Shown here piece after piece: positions 9,923 through 19,994 of a stretch of 64,000 nt of DNA. Position numbers and translations under genes: made by a program. The DNA is from a virus (Duplodnaviria > Caudoviricetes). Below the pieces are notes generated by a model, which was not told the DNA's origin, did no database searches, and was given only the letters and a program-made list of their open reading frames with translations. Positions within the stretch are counted from its first letter, which is position 1. Each line of letters begins with the position of its first letter. Where the stretch lies: positions 64,001 to 128,000 of IMG/VR virus record IMGVR_UViG_3300029305_004606; one strand, 5' to 3'.

Positions 9923-11911
9923 ATGGGAATGATACCTGAGTTAGAGTGTAGATATCCAGAAGGTTCAGATATTACAGTTATGAATACTTACTATCGTTAT
10001 CCTGAATTTGAAGAAGGTAAAAAAGTTTGTGATGATCAAATATTTATCATCTATAAGGATAATAAAACAAAAAAGAAAGACTTTCTGGTTATTACAAATC
10101 CTGATTATACTTTCTATAAGATTAAGGATGGAATTGAAGTTCCACCTTATAGTCAGCTCTTCATTGAAAGAGAAAAAGTTGAACCTATAACAGTTCCATT
10201 TCATAAATTGGAATTAAACTTAGCAAAGGCTACAGGAATGGAAGAGTTCTATAAACAGAACTTAATGAATAGAAATAAAAGGGCTAATCAGGCTCTTCAC
10301 AGTGACCCATCATTATTCTATTCAGATGCAAATATTGAAGATCATTATAGATTTAAGTTTGCTAATACATATAGCAACGAAATTTATAAGATTACTAAGG
10401 GATTCTTCGATATAGAAGTAGATGGTAAATGGGCAAAAGGTGATTTTGTTGAAATGGGAGAATGTGCTATCAATTGTGTATCTTATTATGATGAAGGTAC
10501 AGATACAGTATATACTTTTGTTTTAAGAGACGAAAGAAATCCTCAAATTCAACAACTTGAAGATTCATTTAAATCAGGTAAATTTGGTTGGAATGAAATT
10601 CATAAATTTGTAGTTGATGCGGTTGGTGGTATAAAAGCTGCTACAAAATATGGACTTATGAAGACTAAATTTTGTCCAATGTTTTATGATAGTGAAATTC
10701 AACTCATTGCAGATTTGTTTGAAACGATGCATAGAACATGTCCGGACTTTATTGAGGGTTGGAACTCCAGTGGATTCGACTTGGAATATATTATAGCCAG
10801 AGTAATAGCTCTTGGATATAATCCTGAAGATATATTATGTGATCAGAGATGGAAAGATAAGGTCGTTAAGAATTTCGTTGATCATCAACATCAAAACGAA
10901 TTGGCAGAACGTGGTGATTATACTTTTATTTCCGGATTACCTGTATTTCTTGATCAGATGATTCAATATGCTTCAAGAAGAAAATCTAAGATTGGTTCAT
11001 ATAAATCATTCAAATTAGATGATATTGGTTTGAAAGAAGCTAATGTAAGAAAGTTGGATTATCATCATATAACTGATTCTGTTACAGAATTACCTTGGTT
11101 AGATTTCAAGACATTCTTTTTATATAACATCATGGATGTTATTGTTCAGAAATGTATTGAAGCTCAAACTAATGACTTAGAATATATCTTCTCTAAGTGT
11201 GTAGTTAATAATACAGTATATAAGAAAGGTCATAGACAGACAGTATATCTTATCAATCGTATGGCTGCTGACTGGTATAAGATGGGTTATATTATTGGTA
11301 ATAACTGTAACAAAGAGAACCCTAAACCTCCAAAATATCTTGGAGCATTGGTAGGTGATCCTACAAAGACCAATGAATATTCAAAGATGATAATCGATGG
11401 TAGAGCAATTTGGGTATGTGAGAATTTGCTTGATTACGATTTTAAATCATTATATCCAAGCCTTATGGGTGAATATAATATTGCACCTAATACTCAGATT
11501 GGTAAGATTATCATTGATGAGAAGGTATATAAAGATGAAAACTATTATCATATCGAGGAAGAGAAATATTCTCGTGGAGGCGAGTTTATAGAAAATCTTG
11601 TTACTGATAATATGATTGAATTCTGTACAAGATGGTTCCATCTTGGAAATATTCAAGAAGTATTGTTTGATATGGACGAATATTATGAGAAAAAGTTTGG
11701 TCTTGGAAGATATAGTAATCTTATCTCAGCAGGATTTGGTAATATAGATTCAGATAAACCATTTGCTTATAGTCCTATTATTCCTACATCTTATAAGCCA
11801 GAATCTCCAATTGAATTTAATGCTCCTAAAGCTGAAAGTCCAATTATATTCCTTAATCAGAGACCGGATAATATGACTTATGAAAAATTACTTGAAAGTA
11901 AGAAAGGTTGA
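9923..11911 (+). CDS. Family B DNA polymerase, N-terminal piece (3'-5' exonuclease plus motif A) of a split enzyme
   Basis: ExoI FFDIEVD, ExoII GWNSSGFDLEY, ExoIII YNIMDV, motif A DFKSLYPS; no KxxxNSxYG or DTDS. Confidence 0.88.
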   Translation: MGMIPELECRYPEGSDITVMNTYYRYPEFEEGKKVCDDQIFIIYKDNKTKKKDFLVITNPDYTFYKIKDGIEVPPYSQLFIEREKVEPITVPFHKLELNLAKATGMEEFYKQNLMNRNKRANQALHSDPSLFYSDANIEDHYRFKFANTYSNEIYKITKGFFDIEVDGKWAKGDFVEMGECAINCVSYYDEGTDTVYTFVLRDERNPQIQQLEDSFKSGKFGWNEIHKFVVDAVGGIKAATKYGLMKTKFCPMFYDSEIQLIADLFETMHRTCPDFIEGWNSSGFDLEYIIARVIALGYNPEDILCDQRWKDKVVKNFVDHQHQNELAERGDYTFISGLPVFLDQMIQYASRRKSKIGSYKSFKLDDIGLKEANVRKLDYHHITDSVTELPWLDFKTFFLYNIMDVIVQKCIEAQTNDLEYIFSKCVVNNTVYKKGHRQTVYLINRMAADWYKMGYIIGNNCNKENPKPPKYLGALVGDPTKTNEYSKMIIDGRAIWVCENLLDYDFKSLYPSLMGEYNIAPNTQIGKIIIDEKVYKDENYYHIEEEKYSRGGEFIENLVTDNMIEFCTRWFHLGNIQEVLFDMDEYYEKKFGLGRYSNLISAGFGNIDSDKPFAYSPIIPTSYKPESPIEFNAPKAESPIIFLNQRPDNMTYEKLLESKKG

Positions 11912-11918
11912 TTAAATT

Positions 11919-12551
11919 ATGTTTGTAATTGATCCTAGATTGGACCAGGTACAAAAAATTGTAGAAAGTTTGGTTACTAAGAGTTTGTTGCCTAATACAA
12001 ACTGCTTGGTAACCAGCGATAATACTCTTGTACTATTAGTCGATGAAACTTTATTATATATAATTCATTTGAGAGATGAACTTTGTTATCCATCATTGGG
12101 ATTTTCTTATTCCAAGTTTATGTACGAGGTATCGAGTAGATCTATTACAGATTTTAATATATCTTCATTAGATATATACGATACTTTAATAACAACAAAA
12201 CTTCTTAATTATTATGCTTCCTATTATGGTTATATATTTGAGGAAGCTGTACCTGTAGCTGTAAATAATGATTTAAAAACAGACGAATCATTTTCTGATT
12301 ATCTCAATATTAAATCAGATGATGGTATGAAATACTACAGACTTCCTGCATTACAACCTGGAAAACAATATATGATTCCTATATTTACAGGATTTCCTAA
12401 TATCACTTCACAAGATAAGTTAGGAATATATGTCTATGATATAGGTAATAGTTTTCTAATTGGAAGATTTAAAATCTTTAAGAAGAAAATCAATAGAGAT
12501 ATCAATATATTCTTCAGAATGCTTGATATAACTGGAGGTATACTAAGATGA
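11919..12551 (+). CDS. Hypothetical protein
   Basis: 210-aa ORF directly after polB. Confidence 0.7.
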   Translation: MFVIDPRLDQVQKIVESLVTKSLLPNTNCLVTSDNTLVLLVDETLLYIIHLRDELCYPSLGFSYSKFMYEVSSRSITDFNISSLDIYDTLITTKLLNYYASYYGYIFEEAVPVAVNNDLKTDESFSDYLNIKSDDGMKYYRLPALQPGKQYMIPIFTGFPNITSQDKLGIYVYDIGNSFLIGRFKIFKKKINRDINIFFRMLDITGGILR

Positions 12552-13237
12552 TGAAAAGAGATATAATAGAAGAAATTATTGCTCAAAGCAACTTCAAACC
12601 TGATAATATTGATCAAGTTAAAGCTTTTACTAACTCATATATTGAGCATCTTGTCAATGTACTCAAATTAGAAGATAAAGATTATATCATATATATTAGT
12701 GGTCCTGTCACTAATATTGAAGATTATGAGAAAAGATTCAATGGTATTGAATTTATTACTTACCAGGCATTCTCGGCATATAATATCTATGTAATAAATC
12801 CTGTACAAGTGTTAAATTTGATAGATAAACATTTTGAGTTCACCTATATCGACAAAGTGTTTATATGTTATGCTTTATTATCAATTGCTAATGTAATGAT
12901 TTATGATAATAGAGATAATAAGTGGGAAAAGAGTATGGGCACATTTACTGAAATTTCTTTTGCAATGGGTAAAGGTATTGAAGTTATTGACTATATGTAT
13001 GTCAAAAACACTCTTAATGCTAGAAATCTTATTATTACAGATACACCTATTTTGCTTCTTAAACAGTCATTAAAATCTCCGAAAGAATTAATGGAAGATA
13101 CCGCAGCTAGAGAAGCATTAGGTGCTGTTAAATCGGATGATGAAGAGGTTGTAGAAAAAGAACCTGAAAAAAGAGACTTTGTAGAGATTGTAAGAGATAT
13201 GGCTGAAATTAATAAGATGAACAGAGAATCAAAATAA
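12548..13237 (+). CDS. Nucleoside 2-deoxyribosyltransferase-like (DUF4406-type) protein
   Basis: IYISGPVT...F...INPV...WEKSMGTFTE pattern. Confidence 0.6.
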   Translation: MMKRDIIEEIIAQSNFKPDNIDQVKAFTNSYIEHLVNVLKLEDKDYIIYISGPVTNIEDYEKRFNGIEFITYQAFSAYNIYVINPVQVLNLIDKHFEFTYIDKVFICYALLSIANVMIYDNRDNKWEKSMGTFTEISFAMGKGIEVIDYMYVKNTLNARNLIITDTPILLLKQSLKSPKELMEDTAAREALGAVKSDDEEVVEKEPEKRDFVEIVRDMAEINKMNRESK

Positions 13238-13294
13238 TCTGTTGTGAAAGAACTTATTAAAGAAACAGATAAAAAGATTGGAGGAATGTAAATC

Positions 13295-14041
13295 ATGAAA
13301 CAAAATGATGATGTTTTGCTCCATCGGAGAATAACAAAGCATAGTAATTTAATGATTCCTTTTTCGGATCATGTTACAGCTTTCAAATTTCCGAGTCAAA
13401 ATGAGCAGTTAATTAATACAACCGTTACACTAAAGTATAGAGATAGATATATAGCAGACAAAGAAGCTTATTCTATTTCTAATTCAAAAAGACCAAAAGA
13501 TGATACTCTTTGTATGCCTCCTGGAAATATGAAAGAAGATATAGGTGATATTATCTTTACAGGAGAATTTAGAATACTTAGAGCTGATAGATCTGCTCCA
13601 TTTATCTTTATAGGTATATCAACCAATTATAAATATATTGTAACTGGTAAAACTGATGAAAATGGTATTCTTGAAAATATTTATCCTGTAGCAATGTTTC
13701 AAATGTCAGAGTATGTTGGGTTATGTGTAACTAATATGTATTTTGGTAAGCTTGATATGACAGATGCTGTAGTATTAGCTTCTGATCATGGAGAACCTTG
13801 TAATGCTGTTATTATGGAATATCTCGATGATAAGAAAAAGCAAGTTAGATTTGTTTTAGGAGATGAATGTTTCTCTGTTCTTCGTGGTTATCTTGACAAA
13901 TCATTCAAGCAACAAAAATTAGAAACTCTTGATGAATTGAGAAATTATAAGATGAATCGTACTATCAATGAATGTATTGATTTAAGAAAATATCTTTTAA
14001 AAGATATCGTTATTAATCCTAATATGGAGAGTGACAAATAA
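13295..14041 (+). CDS. Hypothetical protein
   Basis: GGAGG SD, 248 aa. Confidence 0.75.
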   Translation: MKQNDDVLLHRRITKHSNLMIPFSDHVTAFKFPSQNEQLINTTVTLKYRDRYIADKEAYSISNSKRPKDDTLCMPPGNMKEDIGDIIFTGEFRILRADRSAPFIFIGISTNYKYIVTGKTDENGILENIYPVAMFQMSEYVGLCVTNMYFGKLDMTDAVVLASDHGEPCNAVIMEYLDDKKKQVRFVLGDECFSVLRGYLDKSFKQQKLETLDELRNYKMNRTINECIDLRKYLLKDIVINPNMESDK

Positions 14042-14949
14042 TGAAACGATTTCAAATATCAATGGATAGTGATATGAACAATGTATGTAGAAATACATAC
14101 ATTGTTAATCATATTATTCCTTTATGTATAAAAGAAAGAGATGAAAATTCTTTTACTATTTTATTTTTAGTTCAAAGTGATACTAAAGATGAAGATGAAA
14201 AAGAATATCTTAATATGTATTTTTCTTGTGATTCTGAAGAAGATAAGAAATTTATCAAAGCTCATGCTTTAAATTATAATAATATTATCAAAAATCCAAA
14301 ACAACTGCAGATGTATATGGAAATGACAAATGGTATAGATTCAGCAGTAATATATTCTACAGATTTAAATATGACTGTATATGAAAAGAAGAAAATGTAC
14401 TATTCTTCTCTTGCGTGGGGTAGAGATAAAGAATATAGAGATCCTTTTGTTATGGAACTAATTATTCCGAGATCTATATTTATACAGCTTAATTTATTTT
14501 TTGTAAGATTTGTTAATCATGATATATCAGCAGAAACTGTATTCTTTGATTATAAATTACATAAGGTTGAATTTGTAACACCAACATCTATCAAGTTAGA
14601 TGGTTCTGCAAAACCTGCTCCAAGTTCTATGTTTATAACGAATCATTATACAGCAAAACTTGGACCTAATACATACAGATTCCATTATATCAGTCCTTCT
14701 ATTTTCGGTAGAAGATTAGTTAGTCCTATGGCATATGAACCTTATTGTTCTTTATATTCAAAAGATACATTAATAGATCAGATGTTTTTTGATGCAGCGT
14801 CAGATACTCTGTTTATTATATATCACGAGCATAGTGAAATTGATGGTTCTTTCAAAAGAACTCTTGCTTTGAAACTTTCTAAGGAGTTATATAATCATAC
14901 TAACTTCTTAGATGTATATAAAATATATGAAAAAATAAAGGAGAACTAA
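14041..14949 (+). CDS. Hypothetical protein
   Basis: Overlapping stop/start TAATG, 302 aa. Confidence 0.75.
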   Translation: MKRFQISMDSDMNNVCRNTYIVNHIIPLCIKERDENSFTILFLVQSDTKDEDEKEYLNMYFSCDSEEDKKFIKAHALNYNNIIKNPKQLQMYMEMTNGIDSAVIYSTDLNMTVYEKKKMYYSSLAWGRDKEYRDPFVMELIIPRSIFIQLNLFFVRFVNHDISAETVFFDYKLHKVEFVTPTSIKLDGSAKPAPSSMFITNHYTAKLGPNTYRFHYISPSIFGRRLVSPMAYEPYCSLYSKDTLIDQMFFDAASDTLFIIYHEHSEIDGSFKRTLALKLSKELYNHTNFLDVYKIYEKIKEN

Positions 14950-14951
14950 AA

Positions 14952-16190
14952 ATGGCAGAGATTAAAGAATTTGTAAAACCTGAATTTGAAGAGGTAGATC
15001 CTAAACAGTTTGAAAACACTATTGTTGAGCTTGTGGAAGATCAGCCTTCTGAGATGGTAGAAGAATTACATGTTGAATCATCAGAAGATAATTTTATTGA
15101 CGCCGAAATAGTAGATGGTAAAGCTGTAGAAATTGCAGAAGAATTGTCTAATGAGTTGGAAGAAGATAATAATGAATATGAAGAGGTTGCTTCTGATGAA
15201 GTATACAACAATGTATATGGTACAAAACAGATTGATCCTAAAGAATCAGTAGCAGCAGATATCTTTATCAAAACAATAACACCATACAAGATTACTTTTA
15301 AGAAAAAAGATAATAGAGATATTGCTATTATTATTTTCTTATGTAGAGATGATTATGACAATCTGTTTATTATTGACAGAAATATTGCTATAAGAGATCA
15401 GGATCATCTTAGTGATTTGGAATGTATTCCATTTGCAGAAGATAAAGATTATGATTTCGTTAATGACAACATATGTACTAATTTGCTGCTTGGTCATCTT
15501 GATAACTATGTATGTGATATGAAGTTTGAGATTTCAAAAGAAGATATCAAATCTTCTAATCCGGTACTTACAACTACACTGACAAATGTTCATACAAGAG
15601 AAACTAAAGTAGCAGCTATTGGTGCAGATACTTATACAGCTCTTACATTTATTGATTCCTATGTATCGGAAGATATCATCAATGAGCACGATTTAGCTCT
15701 TGCAGTTGTTGCTGGCAGCAAAGATAATACAAAAGCAGAATTCTATGTAGTAGATTCTGTAGACAAGATTGTAGCTATGGCTCCTGCTGTAGTTGAACTT
15801 GGAGAAAAAGAAGGATTTTTTGCTAAGCTCAAATCAATGCTTTTCAAAAATGATGAATCTGATCATCCTACATCTGTTGGTATGGTTATCAAAGTATCAA
15901 GAATTGTAGGTACAGAAAGAGAAGTAGTACAATTACTTACTCCTTTTGATATTGGAGTTGAATTTGATGAGGACAAGTTCAAGGGTAATACTATTTCTAG
16001 CATTGAAGATAACTATTTTGGAGATGCTGACCAGTATGTTACTACTCTCACTATCAATTCTGCCAGAATTGAAGGTATCGATAAGTCATTTATGATTATC
16101 AGAGCAAAGTCTAAGACTGGTGATGTAAAATTATTCTTATTAGATTCTTCTGCACAGAAAGAATTGCAGGATAAAATTAATGAGTATTAA
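14952..16190 (+). CDS. Hypothetical protein with acidic N-terminus
   Basis: AAGGAG SD, 412 aa. Confidence 0.8.
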   Translation: MAEIKEFVKPEFEEVDPKQFENTIVELVEDQPSEMVEELHVESSEDNFIDAEIVDGKAVEIAEELSNELEEDNNEYEEVASDEVYNNVYGTKQIDPKESVAADIFIKTITPYKITFKKKDNRDIAIIIFLCRDDYDNLFIIDRNIAIRDQDHLSDLECIPFAEDKDYDFVNDNICTNLLLGHLDNYVCDMKFEISKEDIKSSNPVLTTTLTNVHTRETKVAAIGADTYTALTFIDSYVSEDIINEHDLALAVVAGSKDNTKAEFYVVDSVDKIVAMAPAVVELGEKEGFFAKLKSMLFKNDESDHPTSVGMVIKVSRIVGTEREVVQLLTPFDIGVEFDEDKFKGNTISSIEDNYFGDADQYVTTLTINSARIEGIDKSFMIIRAKSKTGDVKLFLLDSSAQKELQDKINEY

Positions 16191-16347
16191 TTTTATAAGA
16201 AACGTATTAGCTTGTAGAAAAAGATATTGTCCTAGATGTTGTGTGCAGATGGAAAGAGTAAAAATTAGATCTAATTCTAATAGTATTGCTGGAAGTAAAA
16301 GCTTTTTACAATGTCCTCGATGTAAATCTATACTAATGAGAAAATAA
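16180..16347 (+). CDS. Small zinc-ribbon protein (55 aa, not in ORF track)
   Basis: MSINFIRNVLACRKRYCPRCCVQ...LQCPRCKSILMRK; two CPRC motifs; overlaps previous stop. Confidence 0.6.
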   Translation: MSINFIRNVLACRKRYCPRCCVQMERVKIRSNSNSIAGSKSFLQCPRCKSILMRK

Positions 16348-16359
16348 ACAAAAGATACA

Positions 16360-16462
16360 CCCCTAGGCTGCAGCTAGCCTAGGGGTTTCTCTCCGACAAA
16401 GATATTATTATACCAAGAAGAAATAGGCACCATCAAGAGAGCAGCTTCCATCAAATACCTAT
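16360..16462 (-). ncRNA. Candidate small RNA (or 24-aa peptide MEAALLMVPISSWYIIISLSERNP)
   Basis: Minus-strand AACA-TTAATA-TAAT at 16474-16461, ends in CCCCTAGGCT/AGCCTAGGGG hairpin at 16360-16385. Confidence 0.35.
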
Positions 16463-16587
16463 TATATTAATGTTTATATCTATAATTTACCATTATTACT
16501 ATTCTAATAGTAGTAGATTATCAATTTTTGTTCCATTTTCTGTTCACTTAATAATAAAATGAGAATTTGCAGGAGGTGAATTGCTGT

Positions 16588-16872
16588 ATGAAAGAATATT
16601 TCATCTTATATGGTACAAAAGATAATGATACTTTCTATATCAGTAATACAAATCCTGTGATTTGGACTTCTGATATAAAAGAATCTAAACTATATCATCT
16701 TAGATATACAGCAGAGTTTGAAGTATTAAGAGATTATGATAATTATAGATCTATTATAAGTTTGATAAATAATAAAAAACTTGACTGCTTGTATGTATCT
16801 CAAATTCAAATAGAGATCAATGATGATAATAGTAAAGAATATGTTGAGAAAGGCAGGGTTAAAATATTATGA
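16588..16872 (+). CDS. Hypothetical protein
   Basis: AGGAGG SD before ATG 16588. Confidence 0.7.
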   Translation: MKEYFILYGTKDNDTFYISNTNPVIWTSDIKESKLYHLRYTAEFEVLRDYDNYRSIISLINNKKLDCLYVSQIQIEINDDNSKEYVEKGRVKIL

Positions 16873-17366
16873 AAAAGCATATTTACTCTGAGGCTCTCGA
16901 AGAAGAAGTTATAAGTACACGATATATTCCAAGAAAGTTTAGAGAAAATGAGAAGCTCAAATTATATCACAAATACTGGATACCTGAATTTGGTGGAACA
17001 ATTAAGGTACACGAAATAGAGTATATAAATGGGATTCCTTATTATTTTATTAAATTTAACAGGAATATGTCAGCCAATATTACATATCCATGTAATTATA
17101 CAGAAATGTATGAATTATTACATAATTATGATAATATTGAGAAGGAGAACATTATTAATTCTTCGAAAAGTTACTCCGGTGCAGAAATCAAATTCTGGTT
17201 CATTGTCAATAAAATAGACTTTGACGATCCTCAATATAGAGGCTTCTGGTCATTTCTTGACGATACAAGTATGTCTGTTGTTGCAGATAATAAATATTAT
17301 TTTGTAAAGTATAACCCGAATTTGAGACAGAGATTTAAAATCTCACTTGACAAATCAAAACTATAA
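16869..17366 (+). CDS. Hypothetical protein
   Basis: ATGA overlap with previous gene. Confidence 0.7.
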   Translation: MKKHIYSEALEEEVISTRYIPRKFRENEKLKLYHKYWIPEFGGTIKVHEIEYINGIPYYFIKFNRNMSANITYPCNYTEMYELLHNYDNIEKENIINSSKSYSGAEIKFWFIVNKIDFDDPQYRGFWSFLDDTSMSVVADNKYYFVKYNPNLRQRFKISLDKSKL

Positions 17367-17428
17367 AAATGAAGATTCTCTATGGCTGATAAAGCCATAG
17401 AGAACTTTATTTCGATTATATATTATAA

Positions 17429-17550
17429 TTTTGATAAATATCACGATCCATTGTACACCAGATAAATTAACACATTTGTTAATAGTGTATATATGGAAAG
17501 TGATACTTATCAAAAGATTAGATCCTAGGGTCGTAAACCCTAGGATCATT
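17429..17550 (+). ncRNA. Candidate rod-like small RNA
   Basis: Promoter motif 17416-17428; 17429-17444 pairs 15/16 with 17500-17515 with nested inner stems; hairpin terminator 17521-17547. Confidence 0.5.
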
Positions 17551-17586
17551 TATTTCTTATTTTTGATATAAAGAAAGGAGGTAAAA

Positions 17587-18108
17587 TTAGAAATCTTTGT
17601 GATTATACTGATAATCAGACATCTTAATTGTTACCTTATTTGCTCTACAAGCAATTTCATATGTAGGATGATTTCCAGATTTAGGAGAATTACTCTTGTA
17701 AGAAACTATAGTAGCAAAGTAACAAGGATAATTAGCAACAAGTTCTGCATATACCTGTACTTTGTCCAGTTCCGGATCATCAACCTGAGGAGTCTTGAGC
17801 TTATCTAATAATTCTACTACTTTGTCATCGATGAATTCGGCATCGATGAAAGTTATAGTTGTATGGAACTTCGAATCTGATAACCATACAAGATGAGATT
17901 TGTCAAAATATTCAGACATAAATGGAATAACTTCTGGAATCATTTTTACAGGATCCATTCCAACAAACATGGGAACTAAATTAATGTCCTGTACAAGTTC
18001 TGCCAATTTATCAAAGTTGATACAAAAATCTGCAGGATGACCTCCCTTCTTATATTTGCAAGCTTTGATGATGTTGGATTTTAATGTGCGATAATTTACA
18101 TTTGTCAT
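17587..18108 (-). CDS. Hypothetical protein
   Basis: AGGAGAGG SD, promoter-like AACA-N6-TA at 18169-18156. Confidence 0.75.
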   Translation of the reverse strand: MTNVNYRTLKSNIIKACKYKKGGHPADFCINFDKLAELVQDINLVPMFVGMDPVKMIPEVIPFMSEYFDKSHLVWLSDSKFHTTITFIDAEFIDDKVVELLDKLKTPQVDDPELDKVQVYAELVANYPCYFATIVSYKSNSPKSGNHPTYEIACRANKVTIKMSDYQYNHKDF

Positions 18109-18173
18109 GTTAATATCCTCTCCTTTATAAGTGAATTATTTTTGTTGGACCTTTTTATATTAAAATGTTAGAT

Positions 18174-18341
18174 CTATGTTGTTTTGCTACCTTTAGAATT
18201 ATTTAGATTTTCCGGAGCTGCAAATATTTTATTATAATACTCAGCTCTCAGATTATCTTTTTCTTTTGAAGTCATTTTATCAAAATTTGGATTTTCTTTT
18301 ATAGATTTTTCTATAAAAGAATTAATGATGTCTAGTATCAT
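18174..18341 (-). CDS. Small hypothetical protein (55 aa, not in ORF track)
   Basis: Strong AGGAGGAGG SD; MILDIINSFIEKSIKENPNFDK... Confidence 0.6.
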   Translation of the reverse strand: MILDIINSFIEKSIKENPNFDKMTSKEKDNLRAEYYNKIFAAPENLNNSKGSKTT

Positions 18342-18417
18342 AATAATCACCTCCTCCTATCACAGCCTTTAATTAAGGGTTGATATTTTATAATATTAAA
18401 GAAAGGAAGTAATCAAA

Positions 18418-19497
18418 TTGGCTGTAACAAGTACTGGTAATCGAAGAGGTAGACCTAGAAAAGACTTAACTCCTATGGATAGAGCTAAAATGCAGCTCAC
18501 AGATGATATAGTTAACAAACTTAAATACAATGCGGAATTATCAGATGAACAGATTTTCTTATTGAAACAAACTTTAGATGATACGTTTAAGTCTTATGAT
18601 TTTGAAAAACAAGAAGATTGCGAAGACATGTCTATTCAAGATATTAATAACGAAGCTATGCAGTTATTTTTACAATCTAAACGTGCAGAATCAAAATCAA
18701 AGACTACTATATATAATTACGGTAATGAATTGTCAAAATTATTTCTTATTATAAATAAAGATTATAGACAGATTACAGCTCAAGATATAAGAGAATATAT
18801 GGATTATCGTAGAGAGCATGATAAAGTTAAACCTATCACTATTCAGAACATTCGTATGTATTTAATGAGCTTTTATAAATGGGCTGTTATAGAAGAAAAG
18901 ATATTAAGAAATCCTATGGACAAAATAGGAACTATAAAAAGAGAGCAAAAAGTTATAGAAACATTTACAGATGAAGAAGTAGAAATGCTAAGATGTGCTT
19001 GTAAGAATGAAAGAGATTTAGCAATTATAGATTTATTAAGTTCTACAGGTATGCGTGTATCAGAACTTACAGGATTAAATAAAAGAGATGTAAACTTTGA
19101 AACTGGAGAAGTTAAAGTTTATGGTAAGGGTGCTAAGGAACGTATTTGTTTCCTTACAGGTCGTGCAAAGATTCATCTCAAATGGTATTTGGAATCTCGT
19201 GTTGATAATAATGAAGCTTTATTTGTTACTGCTAAAAAACCATATACAAGAATTACAAAAAATGGTGTTGAATATGCACTTAAAGAATTAGGAAAAAGTA
19301 GTGGACTTACAGTAACTGAACGTGTATTTCCTCATAAGTTCAGAGCAACATTAGCTACAAATATGCTTAATAAAGGTGCAGATATAGCAGATATACAGCA
19401 TATATTAGGACATCAATCTTGCGATACAACGTTACAATGTTATGCAAAGATGGAGAAAGATACTATAAAGAAAGCTCATAAGAAATATATTCATTAA
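18418..19497 (+). CDS. Tyrosine recombinase (XerC/D-like)
   Basis: STGMRVSEL, VYGKGAKER, PHKFRAT, ILGHQS, TTLQCY catalytic set; core-binding domain; N-terminal RRGRPRK. Confidence 0.93.
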   Translation: MAVTSTGNRRGRPRKDLTPMDRAKMQLTDDIVNKLKYNAELSDEQIFLLKQTLDDTFKSYDFEKQEDCEDMSIQDINNEAMQLFLQSKRAESKSKTTIYNYGNELSKLFLIINKDYRQITAQDIREYMDYRREHDKVKPITIQNIRMYLMSFYKWAVIEEKILRNPMDKIGTIKREQKVIETFTDEEVEMLRCACKNERDLAIIDLLSSTGMRVSELTGLNKRDVNFETGEVKVYGKGAKERICFLTGRAKIHLKWYLESRVDNNEALFVTAKKPYTRITKNGVEYALKELGKSSGLTVTERVFPHKFRATLATNMLNKGADIADIQHILGHQSCDTTLQCYAKMEKDTIKKAHKKYIH

Positions 19498-19566
19498 CTA
19501 TTGCTGTTAATAATTATATATTATAATACTGAAATATAATATAAATTAAAAAGTAGAGGTATTATA

Positions 19567-19935
19567 ATGAATCAAATTAATACTATTATCCCGTTTGTTT
19601 TTGAAGATCACAGATTAAAGATTAATAATAAACCTATACTTGTTCCAAGCAGTAATTCGAATGGACAAATAGAAAAACATCACGCTTTCACTTTATTGTC
19701 TGGAAGATTTAATAATAAGCAAGATCTACTTAATACTATACATGCTATTGGTTTAGATATAGATCCTGCCCATCTTGATATTAAAAAGAACTCTTATGTA
19801 GTAAAATATAAAGATGATATCCAGATAACAGTTGAAGATATGTATCAAGATAAATTAGATCCAGATTTTAATTCAAATTATGAGATTTCTACAGAAGATA
19901 ATTTTTCTTTATTTATGAATAAACCCTATTACTAG
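19567..19935 (+). CDS. Hypothetical protein (putative early)
   Basis: Promoter motif at 19514, GAGG SD. Confidence 0.7.
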   Translation: MNQINTIIPFVFEDHRLKINNKPILVPSSNSNGQIEKHHAFTLLSGRFNNKQDLLNTIHAIGLDIDPAHLDIKKNSYVVKYKDDIQITVEDMYQDKLDPDFNSNYEISTEDNFSLFMNKPYY

Positions 19936-19994
19936 GGTTTATTTTTTGATTTAAAACCACTATAATATAAATCACATCTAGGGAGGATATAAAT

